Positions 8,160 through 16,499 of a stretch of DNA of 64,000 nt are shown one piece after another (position 1 is the first letter of the stretch; every line of letters begins with the position of its first letter). This stretch comes from Desulfobacterales bacterium (GTDB lineage Bacteria > Desulfobacterota > Desulfobacteria > Desulfobacterales > JAHEIW01). A program made the position numbers and the translations under genes. The DNA lies in contig JASFNW010000006.1 in NCBI GenBank assembly GCA_050116835.1, positions 457 to 64,456 on the forward strand, read 5' to 3'. Below the pieces are notes generated by a model, which saw only the letters and a program-made list of their open reading frames with translations, was not told the origin of the DNA and did no database searches.

Positions 8160-9083
8160 TTAGAGATGAGCGACTTTGTCCGGATGATTGACGCTGGCCA
8201 CCGGACAGGCGGACCGCAAAACAACCTGCTCAACGGTGCTGCCCAGATCCGCCAATTCGGGATCGACTTCCCGGGTATGGTGGGCCATCACAATCAGATC
8301 ACCGCTCTTTTCGCGGGCAAACTTCAATATTTCAACATAGGGAATCCCCTCGCGGACTTCGATGTCGTAATTGTCATATCCATCCATCTTGGAGACATAG
8401 TGCTTTTCAATTTTTTTCCGGGCGGCATCAATCTGCTCTTCAATCGCCGACTGGTCCATTATGGTGCCGGTGGGACCCGTATTGATTTCGCACGCGTGGA
8501 AAAGGTGGAGTTTAGCGCCCACCTCACGGGCCAAGCCAAAAGCCCACTTGTAAGCGTGGTCAGCGGCCTTGGAAAAATCGGTTCCAAAAACAATGTTGGA
8601 GAATAATTTCCAGCAAGTGGTGCAGGGCCGGCTGATGATCACCACCGGACAACGCGCGGATTTGGCCACCTTTTGCATGGTGCTGCCCACGATGCTGCGG
8701 TAGCGGGTGGCGCCGACATCCTCCTGACGGGTGTGAGATCCCATGATGATCAGATCGATGTCCTCTTTGCGCGCTTTTCTCAAAATTTCCCGATAGGGAA
8801 CACCCACAGTGGCTTCGATCACGACATCCTCACTGTCAGCCAGCAGGGTGCCGTAAGTGTTTTTCATTTCTTCTTTGACCCACTCGATGTAGTCCGGATC
8901 CGGCTCGGTAATCTCTCCGGTTCTCACATCGGTGACAAAAGGGCTGTATCCGCGGCTGGGGATCCCGAGCACATGAAAAACATACAGCTTGGCATCCCAC
9001 TTGAGCTGCAGATCGAAAGCCACTTTGGCGGCGTTGTCGCAGGTGGGGGAAGCCGTTGTGGCAAAAAGAATTTTCTTAAACAT
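8160..9083 (-). CDS. tandem universal stress protein (2 x UspA domain)
   Basis: Two UspA-type halves (MFKKILFATT..IIMGSHTR..VGSTMQKV and NIVFGTDFS..IVMAHHTRE..LGSTVEQVV). Start set at ATG 9083, which has AAGGAGG 8 nt upstream. The track extension to 9140 overlaps the upstream ORF. Confidence 0.8.
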   Translation of the reverse strand: MFKKILFATTASPTCDNAAKVAFDLQLKWDAKLYVFHVLGIPSRGYSPFVTDVRTGEITEPDPDYIEWVKEEMKNTYGTLLADSEDVVIEATVGVPYREILRKARKEDIDLIIMGSHTRQEDVGATRYRSIVGSTMQKVAKSARCPVVIISRPCTTCWKLFSNIVFGTDFSKAADHAYKWAFGLAREVGAKLHLFHACEINTGPTGTIMDQSAIEEQIDAARKKIEKHYVSKMDGYDNYDIEVREGIPYVEILKFAREKSGDLIVMAHHTREVDPELADLGSTVEQVVLRSACPVASVNHPDKVAHL

Positions 9084-9088
9084 TTGAC

Positions 9089-9622
9089 TTACCTCCTTAG
9101 CTCGCAGTGTTCCGGGGTGGCGTGAAAACTGAGCTGCCACGCGATCCCATCGATAAATTCGAACAGCGTATAGACCGTATCAAATTCGAAAATATCGACA
9201 CGGTCCCCAAAAACAACGTGCCTCAGCTTTCCGAGCGTGAGCGGCACGTCCAGCAGGCCGGCCAGCTGCATAGATTTAATTTCCAATGTCTCGCCGGCAT
9301 GGACGCCAAAAAGGGAGTTGTATATTTCCAGCCGCTTGTCCGGAACTCCGATCATTTCAACCGTTTTGCCAAATTCCAGATAATCGAACAAACCGGCGTC
9401 ACAGCCGTTTTCCGGACAGCTTTGGACCTGCTCGGTATAGGTAGGGAAAAACGGGTTCAGTTGATTAAAGAGCGCATATTTGTTGAGCATCTTAAAGAAA
9501 CTTCTGAGGGTGTATACCTCTTGGAGTGCAATCTGACAGCTGAGCAAATCGAGCCGTTCGACATCGATAGCTTTGCCCTCGTAGTGAATGCTGCCGTCTG
9601 CTGTTAAGGTGACTGCGTTCAT
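9089..9622 (-). CDS. hypothetical protein, first ORF of the tmc operon
   Basis: 177-aa ORF with no motif I recognise. Its stop (9089-9091) lies 5 nt from the USP start, and it sits directly downstream of the predicted sigma-54 promoter. Confidence 0.55.
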   Translation of the reverse strand: MNAVTLTADGSIHYEGKAIDVERLDLLSCQIALQEVYTLRSFFKMLNKYALFNQLNPFFPTYTEQVQSCPENGCDAGLFDYLEFGKTVEMIGVPDKRLEIYNSLFGVHAGETLEIKSMQLAGLLDVPLTLGKLRHVVFGDRVDIFEFDTVYTLFEFIDGIAWQLSFHATPEHCELRR

Positions 9623-9699
9623 GGCAATCTTTCGTTACATAAAGGTTTGGACAGCGTGTTGCGCTGTGCGTTTTACCGCGGTGGCCAAACACTCTATGA

Positions 9700-9714
9700 G
9701 CATCAACCGTGCCA
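9700..9714 (-). promoter_or_regulatory. candidate sigma-54 (-24/-12) promoter
   Basis: The minus strand reads TGGCACGGTTGATGC. GG and GC sit at the exact spacing of the consensus TGGCACG-N4-TTGCW. It lies ~75 nt upstream of ATG 9622. Confidence 0.6.
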
Positions 9715-9755
9715 GCCAATGATAATGGCGCTGATAATAATTTATTTTGATTTAA

Positions 9756-9768
9756 TATCAATAGGTTA
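9756..9768. promoter_or_regulatory. candidate IHF site
   Basis: TATCAATAGGTTA matches WATCAA-N4-TTR. It lies in an AT-rich tract between the palindromic UAS and the -24/-12 element. Confidence 0.45.
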
Positions 9769-9814
9769 AATATATATTCGGAAACTTTTTGAAGATCTAG
9801 CCACTCAAAAATAC

Positions 9815-9830
9815 GTTGCAATATTGCAAC
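9815..9830. promoter_or_regulatory. perfect 16-bp palindrome, candidate enhancer (UAS) for the adjacent sigma-54 activator
   Basis: GTTGCAATATTGCAAC is its own reverse complement. It lies ~100 bp upstream of the -24 element. There is an extra TTGCAAC half-site at 9971-9977. Confidence 0.5.
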
Positions 9831-10087
9831 TTTAATTTAGAAATTGCTAGCGACAGCGTCTTATCTGACCTGATGAAAGTCTTTACTTAATTATTTTTTT
9901 TATTTATTTACAGTAATTTATCTACAATCTTCCGATTGATCCGAATCGGTGGGAGATGCTTTGCGACGAATTGCAACATTATACATCATTATGCATCAAT
10001 TGTTGGCAATACTTCTATTCTCGATGGCGGTTGTGCAGAACTAACAACGGTTTTTGGCAGGAGCTGATTCAGTTGGTGGCTAAACCG

Positions 10088-11812
10088 CTAAGTCGAAATT
10101 TTGTATTTTTTCATCTTGCGCCACAAGGTGGAGCGGTTCATATCGAGGGCGGTAGCGGTCTGGCCTTTGTTCCAGTTGTGCTTTTGCAGGGCTTCTAGAA
10201 TCATGGCTTTTTCGCTGTATTCAATTTTTTCCTCAAAAGTTGGTTTTTCCGCGTCCGGCAGCCGGGATGCAAGGTTGCCCTGAAGGGAAAGCGGCAGATG
10301 ATGGCGTTCAATGATTTTATCCTGGCAGACAATCAGGGCATGCTCGATGATGTTTTCCAGTTCCCTGATGTTTCCGGGATAGTCATGGTTTAACAGCACT
10401 TCGAGGGCATCGTTTGATAGTTTTTCGACGCTCGTGTCCCGGGTTGCACACAGACGTTTTAAAATATGAGAAACGAGCAGGGGAATGTCACCCCTTCGAT
10501 TCTTTAATGCGGGCAGATCCAGTCGCATCACATTGAGCCGGTAGAACAGATCTTCGCGAAATCGTTTTTCCCTGACCAGCTGCTCCAGATTCTGGTTGGT
10601 CGCTGAAATGATGCGCACATCCACCCGCGTGGTTTTTCGGCTGCCCAGCGGATAGAACTCTTTGTCTTCCAAAACCCGCAGCAGCTTGGCCTGCAGCGAC
10701 AGGGGCAGATCTCCGATTTCGTCCAAAAAAATAGTGCCGTGGTCCGCTTCCTGAAACCGCCCCGGCTTGTCTTTGTCCGCTCCGGTAAAAGCCCCTTTTA
10801 CGTATCCAAACATCTCCGACTCGAGCAAATTGTCCGGCAAGGCTGCGCAGTTTACTTTGACCAGCGGTTTCTTCGAGCGCCTGCTGGCGTTGTGAATGAC
10901 CTTGGCCAGCACATCTTTGCCGGTGCCGGTAGGGCCTCCGATCAAAACGGTGGCATCGCTTGCCGCCACCACCGGCACAATTTCAAAAATTTTTTGCATG
11001 GCCGGATCCTTGCCAACCATGTCGTAAAATGTGTAGCGACCTCTAATTTCACTGTTGAATTGATATTTCAACGAAAGATCGGAAATCGTCGCCAGACCGC
11101 CGACAATGCGGCCATCTTCATTTTTCAGCGCCATGTAATTGGCCCGGATCGGTATGGCCTGCCCGTCACGGGTTTTGATTTCGCCTTCACTGATTGAACG
11201 GGCCTGTCCATCGGCGATGGTTTCCTCAAACAACAACATATCATGCGAGGTGGTCTTGCCAAATATCATGCTGCAGGATTTCCCCAGAACAGTTCCGCGA
11301 TTAAACCCGGTAATGGTTTCAGCCTGGTTGTTGAAAAAGGTGATATGGCCTCCCCGATCGACGGTCAGCACGCCGATGTCCAGGTTGTCCAGAATAATTT
11401 TGAGTCGACGGTCATCGTGTCTGACACGTTCTAACAAATCCTTGAAGACGGTGTGGTCTTGAAAAACCTCGATGCAGCCCAGCGATTTGCGCTCCGGTCC
11501 GTAAATGGGGGATACAATGCGGGTAATATTTTGCTTGCCTTTATTGCGGTCGCTGACCTCGAAATCGACACTGTCGGCTTGCCGACCGCTTTCGACGGCA
11601 TCCAGATACTGGCATTCGCCGCCACACAGCGGTTCAAGCAATACCTGGCTGCAGTATTTACCGCGCAAATCCGATTCATTATAGCCGGTGATAATTTCAG
11701 CAGAGTGGTTTAAGGAAATAATTTTGCGATCCGGCCCCACGACCATAAGCCCCATGGAAAAGGTGTCAAAAATGTCGCCAAGCTGGCGGTAGTGCAGAAG
11801 AATTTTATCCAT
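10088..11812 (-). CDS. sigma-54-dependent transcriptional activator, PAS-PAS-AAA+-HTH (no receiver domain)
   Basis: 574 aa. Walker A GPTGTGKD, GAFTGA motif (FGYVKGAFTGA), C-terminal Fis-type HTH (NKGQTATALDMNRSTLWRKMKKYKI). The N-terminus is two PAS-like modules; the first has C-x8-C-x3-C. Confidence 0.9.
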   Translation of the reverse strand: MDKILLHYRQLGDIFDTFSMGLMVVGPDRKIISLNHSAEIITGYNESDLRGKYCSQVLLEPLCGGECQYLDAVESGRQADSVDFEVSDRNKGKQNITRIVSPIYGPERKSLGCIEVFQDHTVFKDLLERVRHDDRRLKIILDNLDIGVLTVDRGGHITFFNNQAETITGFNRGTVLGKSCSMIFGKTTSHDMLLFEETIADGQARSISEGEIKTRDGQAIPIRANYMALKNEDGRIVGGLATISDLSLKYQFNSEIRGRYTFYDMVGKDPAMQKIFEIVPVVAASDATVLIGGPTGTGKDVLAKVIHNASRRSKKPLVKVNCAALPDNLLESEMFGYVKGAFTGADKDKPGRFQEADHGTIFLDEIGDLPLSLQAKLLRVLEDKEFYPLGSRKTTRVDVRIISATNQNLEQLVREKRFREDLFYRLNVMRLDLPALKNRRGDIPLLVSHILKRLCATRDTSVEKLSNDALEVLLNHDYPGNIRELENIIEHALIVCQDKIIERHHLPLSLQGNLASRLPDAEKPTFEEKIEYSEKAMILEALQKHNWNKGQTATALDMNRSTLWRKMKKYKIST

Positions 11813-12947
11813 TTGGCATTTTAGGAAGTTTTACAAAAAATTTAGAGCCGGCATTTTCTTGCGATTCGACTTTGATCACACCCTGGTGTGCATCAATGAT
11901 TTTTTTACTGATCATCAACCCGATGCCGGTCCCCTCAGAGCCTTTGGTGGAAAAAAAATGCTGAAATAGTTTCTGTTTTGACTTGGCGGTCATACCGCAG
12001 CCATTATCCAGCACCTGATATTCAACTCCCCATCCGCGCCGCTTCAGCGCACGCACTGTCACGGTTTTGTCCGCAGCGTCCGGGTCAACATGGCGGCAGG
12101 CGTCAATTGCATTGGACACCAGATTCAGCAGACAACGGCAGATGAGATCCGCATCAAAATGACAATCTTTGAGATCCGAATCAAAATCACCGACCAGCTC
12201 GATTCCCAGTTCCTGAGCGCGTGGGCGCATCAAATCTATAACTTCCTGTGCCGGCTGGCGGGGATCACAGGCCTGAATGTTCAACTCGGTGGCTTTGGCA
12301 TAATTGAGCAGATCCAGCGACAGGTTGGTGATCTTATCGACATTGCCCTTGATCATCTCCCAGCCCTGCATCAGATACTTTTGATCATTGAGTTCGATGC
12401 CTTTCTCCAGTACAAAAGCGCCGCCCTTGAGCCCGCCTGTAATATTTTTTATGGCGTGGGAAAGTCCTGCCACCGTCTGCCCCACAGCGGCCAGCCGCTC
12501 GGCTTCAACCAGCTGTTGGGTCTTATCCTGCACCAACTGCTCAAGATTTTGCGTGTATTCATTGAGCTTACGGCGCATGGCAATTCGCTCGGCAGCCCGG
12601 TTCAACGCAATTTCCAGAACTTCATCGTTGATGGGCTTGGTGACAAAATCTGTGGCTTCATATTTAACGCTTTTAATCGCCAGATCCAGATCACCGTGAC
12701 CGGTAATCATGATCACTTCCGTATCCGGGTTTAATTTTTTTAAGCGGCGCAGCAGTTCAATGCCGTCCATTTCGGGCATCTTGATATCGGTCAGTACAAT
12801 CGGCGGTTGTTTGTCTTCGAAGACTCGCAGAGCCTCGACACCATTGGCGGCGCTGTGCACCTGGTAGCCCAAATCCGACAGTGCGATGCTGAGGACTTTG
12901 CGTATCCCCTCTTCATCATCAACAAGTAAAATTGATTTGTCCATCAT
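11805..12947 (-). CDS. hybrid receiver-histidine kinase
   Basis: 380 aa. The receiver (LLVDDEEGIRK..LTDIKMPEMDG) is closely similar to that of ORF 1116-3059. H-box LSHAIKNITGG; HATPase_c (NLVSNAIDA, DNGCGM, GTGIGL). Overlaps both neighbours, suggesting translational coupling. Confidence 0.85.
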   Translation of the reverse strand: MMDKSILLVDDEEGIRKVLSIALSDLGYQVHSAANGVEALRVFEDKQPPIVLTDIKMPEMDGIELLRRLKKLNPDTEVIMITGHGDLDLAIKSVKYEATDFVTKPINDEVLEIALNRAAERIAMRRKLNEYTQNLEQLVQDKTQQLVEAERLAAVGQTVAGLSHAIKNITGGLKGGAFVLEKGIELNDQKYLMQGWEMIKGNVDKITNLSLDLLNYAKATELNIQACDPRQPAQEVIDLMRPRAQELGIELVGDFDSDLKDCHFDADLICRCLLNLVSNAIDACRHVDPDAADKTVTVRALKRRGWGVEYQVLDNGCGMTAKSKQKLFQHFFSTKGSEGTGIGLMISKKIIDAHQGVIKVESQENAGSKFFVKLPKMPNG

Positions 12948-15220
12948 TCGTCTTTTGCGATGGGAAATTCGATTATGAAACCGGTTCCTTCACCTTCGTG
13001 AGAGACCGCCCGGATGCTGCCCTTGCAATCCTTAATGATGCCATAGCTGATCGAAAGGCCCAGACCGGTTCCCTGCCCGACTTTTTTGGTGGTAAAAAAA
13101 GGCTCGAAAATACGCTCTAAAAGGTATTCCGGAATCCCTGTTCCGGTATCATGAACCTCAACCGTGACGGCATCGGCATTGGACTTCGTTTTCAGGCGTA
13201 TGGCTTTGGCGTCCTTGGGGGGCGGCTGGGATTGCCAGCGCTCGTCAATGGCATCCCGGGCATTGATCAACAAATTGATGAACACCTGTTCCAGGCGGTC
13301 CGGATCCGCCATGATCAGGGGCGGATCCTGCTCAAAATCCCGCTTTAGATCGATACCGCGGACTTTGAGTTGCTGGCCCAAAATTCCCAGCGCTTTTTCC
13401 AGTATGGCGTTGACCTGGACTTTTGCCAGCTTGATTTCTGATTTGCGGCCAAATTGCCGCATGTGATTGATGATTTTTGTGGCCCGATCCACATAGGTGT
13501 CGATCTCCTCAGACATGGTCAGCAGGATATCATCTTTGATTTTTTCATTTTTACGAATCTTTTTCATAAAAAAGCGGCTGGCCGTCTTGATGACCGACAG
13601 GGGTTGGTTGAGCTCATGGGCAACGCCGGTGGCCATCTCGCCCAGCGTTGCCATCTTACTGGCCTGGATCAACTGCTGTTCGGTTTCCAGCCGTTGGGTA
13701 ATATCGCTGGTTGTCACCAAATAAACCTTTTCTCCGGGGTATTCATACGGCGATATCCGGATATTCACAAAAAGCGTCCGGCCATTCTTGTCCATGTGTC
13801 TGGCCTGATTGATTTCCGAGGTGGTTTTTATCAGGCTCTGATAACGATCCTGATCTTCCGGTCTGAACAGCTCCAGAAAGGATCTGGCCATCATCTCATC
13901 TTTTTTATAGCCGTAAACCGTTCCGGCGCTCGTGTTACAATCCAGAATCTCCAGCGTGTCCATATCCAATACAAAGACGGGATTGGGGATGTTGTCAAAA
14001 ATAGCGTAGTATTTTTTCTCTGTTTTTTCGAGCTCCTGTTCAAGCAATTTGGTTTCAGTGACATCAAGGCTCATCTCCATGGCCGCTACAATTTCGCCGT
14101 TTTCGTCTTTTATCGGAGATGTTTGAACAATCCAATGAGTGGGGCTGCCGTCTTTGTTGACCCCTCTTTCCTCGCTGAAATGCGACAGGCCGTCTTCAAA
14201 GGTTCGCTCCACCGGACAAATCACGCATTTGTCCTTGCGTCCTTTATAGGCGGCGTAACAGTAATCCCCGGCCTTGGGATTGAATTTCTTGGCAAATTCC
14301 CGATTGTAGCGGATCAGTTTATAGTTGCGGTCCTGAACGGTTATTATGCAGGGAACCCGTTCAAACAGCTTCTGGTATTCATCGCGCTGCTTGTTCAGTT
14401 CGGCCTGTTTTTCACTGATCCGTTTGCCCATTTTGTCGATGGCGGCCGAAAGCCGGCCCAGTTCATCAATCTGATCCACGTCAATTTGATTGATATAATC
14501 ACCATTGGCGATCAGCCGCGTGCCGTCGATCATTTTCTTGATGGGCCGTTTGACAAAGCGCAAAATGAAAAAAATGATAGCCGCCGATGTGATCAGAAAT
14601 AAAATACCGGCAAAGGCCACCAGCCAACCCTTAAACACGCCGAGTTCCCGGTCTGTTTTATCCAGTGATATCACCAGGTCCAGGGCTCCTAAAACCTTCT
14701 TGTCCGCCGGATGCGCATGGCAGGCGTTCGACGCGCACCCCGGTTCGCTGTAAATGGGGCTGATAATGCCCAGCATGCGATGACCCCGGGAATCGGTGAA
14801 AATTCGTGTTCTTTCCCGAAGACTCAACTCCGTCAGGGGCGGCTCCGAGCGGTGGCAGATATAGCAGGCCTCATCCTTGATATTGGTAATTTTGTCCACC
14901 TCAGCGTCTTTGTTCGAAAATTTTATTTCACCGTCTTTATTGTAAATGCGAATGTTTTTAAGTTTTTTCTCCTGTGCGATGTTTTTAATAATTTGCGTGA
15001 TGTCTTCTCTCAAATTATTCATCATGGCATAATGCATCCCAAGCTTGATGGAATGCGACAAACCATCCGCTCCTTCAATAATACCCTGCATGATCTTTTT
15101 ATGCTGATAGTTGATATTAAAATAGGCCCATATTGAGATGCTCAGCAGCAGGATAACCCCCACCAGGATCGTCAGTTTTAAAATGATACTTCGATTAATT
15201 TGATGAAAAATTTTGAACAT
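12944..15220 (-). CDS. membrane sensor histidine kinase (periplasmic CxxCH domain-HAMP-PAS-PAS-HisKA-HATPase)
   Basis: 758 aa. TM helices at about aa 15-35 and 198-220. The loop between them contains CYICH and CASNACH. Also present: HAMP, two PAS modules (the first with C-x10-C-x2-C), H-box VAHELNQPL, and N/G boxes ([21 protein letters not shown]). Confidence 0.85.
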   Translation of the reverse strand: MFKIFHQINRSIILKLTILVGVILLLSISIWAYFNINYQHKKIMQGIIEGADGLSHSIKLGMHYAMMNNLREDITQIIKNIAQEKKLKNIRIYNKDGEIKFSNKDAEVDKITNIKDEACYICHRSEPPLTELSLRERTRIFTDSRGHRMLGIISPIYSEPGCASNACHAHPADKKVLGALDLVISLDKTDRELGVFKGWLVAFAGILFLITSAAIIFFILRFVKRPIKKMIDGTRLIANGDYINQIDVDQIDELGRLSAAIDKMGKRISEKQAELNKQRDEYQKLFERVPCIITVQDRNYKLIRYNREFAKKFNPKAGDYCYAAYKGRKDKCVICPVERTFEDGLSHFSEERGVNKDGSPTHWIVQTSPIKDENGEIVAAMEMSLDVTETKLLEQELEKTEKKYYAIFDNIPNPVFVLDMDTLEILDCNTSAGTVYGYKKDEMMARSFLELFRPEDQDRYQSLIKTTSEINQARHMDKNGRTLFVNIRISPYEYPGEKVYLVTTSDITQRLETEQQLIQASKMATLGEMATGVAHELNQPLSVIKTASRFFMKKIRKNEKIKDDILLTMSEEIDTYVDRATKIINHMRQFGRKSEIKLAKVQVNAILEKALGILGQQLKVRGIDLKRDFEQDPPLIMADPDRLEQVFINLLINARDAIDERWQSQPPPKDAKAIRLKTKSNADAVTVEVHDTGTGIPEYLLERIFEPFFTTKKVGQGTGLGLSISYGIIKDCKGSIRAVSHEGEGTGFIIEFPIAKDE

Positions 15221-15245
15221 TGTGAAAATTGATCCTTTGATGAAA

Positions 15246-15659
15246 CTAAGATGCTACCACTAACAGCTTGCTGATAAGCCGACTGAGTTCGCCCGCATCC
15301 GGCGGTTTTTCCATGTACGCTTCGGGTTCCGGCAGCTCCATCCCCTGGCGCGGACTTAACAGTTTGATTGAGTGTAAAAAGGTTTTGCGCGCAATGGCAG
15401 ATAAAATAATAATCGGTATGGGCGACAGTGCCGGGTCCGTCCGAAAGTGCCGATAGGTCTGAATGCCATCATCAATTTCAGGCATCATGACATCTAAGAT
15501 GACAAGCGCCGGCGGATTGTCGCTGGCCTTTTTAATGGCTTCGGTTCCATCGCTGGCCACGGCAGCTTCAAAACCGGATGTCTCGACCACTGTCGAGACA
15601 AAAATGCGCATGTCATGTTCGTCATCCACCACCAGGATTTTGTGACTTGCCATGGTCAA
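15246..15659 (-). CDS. single-domain response regulator
   Basis: 137 aa: KILVVDDEHDMRIF..LVILDVMMPEIDDG..MEKP. A paralogue of ORF 7721-8116 and the first gene of the RR-HK-REC/HK-EBP operon. Confidence 0.85.
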   Translation of the reverse strand: MTMASHKILVVDDEHDMRIFVSTVVETSGFEAAVASDGTEAIKKASDNPPALVILDVMMPEIDDGIQTYRHFRTDPALSPIPIIILSAIARKTFLHSIKLLSPRQGMELPEPEAYMEKPPDAGELSRLISKLLVVAS

Positions 15660-15781
15660 ATTCCAGTCTCAAAGGGCTTGCAGGTTGACATATAAATGTT
15701 TTATCGCCATCGGTGAATGCAAATTAAGGCCATCAGCGGGCTAATTTTGTACCAAATTGCTTAAATCTGCAAGTCCAAATC

Positions 15782-15802
15782 AAAAAAGCGCCTCCTGGCG
15801 CC
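15782..15802 (-). terminator. orphan rho-independent terminator (minus strand)
   Basis: The minus strand reads GGCGCC-AGGA-GGCGC followed by TTTTTT (A6 at 15782-15787 on the plus strand). It lies 13 nt downstream of a 17-codon mini-ORF (15815-15868). Confidence 0.5.
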
Positions 15803-15973
15803 CGAACCCACTGATCAGATCGATTCTGCAAATGTCTTTGACAAGGTCATCATGGTTCCCGGAATCAATTTTTCTCCTCAATTTGGACCTTCAATATTTT
15901 GACTATAAACGCTAAATTAGATATCATGAAGTCATACCAGCGTTTCAACGTAAACCGCCAAGTTCTAATAGAG

Positions 15974-16360
15974 ATGATGAACCGCTTTTACATCATATGT
16001 GCCGGCTGGATGATGGGCCTGCTGCTTTTAATCGGCGCCGGCTGTGCTGAAATGCAGGGTCGCTCGATAAAAACCTACCACTCTGATTATCACGCGACCG
16101 TACGCGCCAGCTCAGATGCGCTGGAGAACCTGGAAATACCGATTCTGAAGGAAGTATCCGATGAGCTCAAAACCGATTTTTTGGCCAGACGCCCGAATGG
16201 CACGCCGGTGATGGTGGAAGTGAAGCGGATTGATCGTAATTTCACGCAAGTTGCGGTTTCGACCGGCTCCGGGGTCTACCGCTTCGTGGACCGGGACGTT
16301 TCAAATCAGATCCACGGTTTTATTCGAAAAAGGTTGGGAAGTATCACTGTCGAAGAATAA
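15974..16360 (+). CDS. putative lipoprotein (DUF3568-like)
   Basis: MMNRFYIICAGWMMGLLLLIGAGC gives a signal peptide with a lipobox (LIGAGC). The rest is a small soluble domain. The start is uncertain: the track ORF begins at TTG 15899, and there is also ATG 15926. Confidence 0.5.
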   Translation: MMNRFYIICAGWMMGLLLLIGAGCAEMQGRSIKTYHSDYHATVRASSDALENLEIPILKEVSDELKTDFLARRPNGTPVMVEVKRIDRNFTQVAVSTGSGVYRFVDRDVSNQIHGFIRKRLGSITVEE

Positions 16361-16499
16361 GGCCTGCAAAAACCGATTGCCTTTGAAACCTAGCTTTTTT
16401 GTAAGAATGCTGTCCGCGCACGTCTGCGTATGTCTGCGGTTAAATAAAAGTCTCTCACCAATCTTGTCAAAACGCGACCTGCCGTTTTTGAAATAGCTT

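Noticed and set aside
8160-9140. N-terminal extensions of track ORFs: 8160-9140, 4170-5594, 20832-22109, 34291-36396, 51524-52381, 58779-59993, 27313-27687, 32107-32697, 32762-33808, 40104-41351, 38041-38610, 18499-19050.
   Set aside because: In each case an internal start with a Shine-Dalgarno motif begins the conserved domain. The extension overlaps the upstream gene or simply translates an intergenic repeat element.
15717-15732. Sigma-54-like sequence on the minus strand (TGGCCTTAATTTGCAT) upstream of the RR-HK operon.
   Set aside because: The GG-to-GC spacing is one nucleotide short of the -24/-12 consensus, and the -24 half is degenerate (TGGCCT). Not reported as a promoter.
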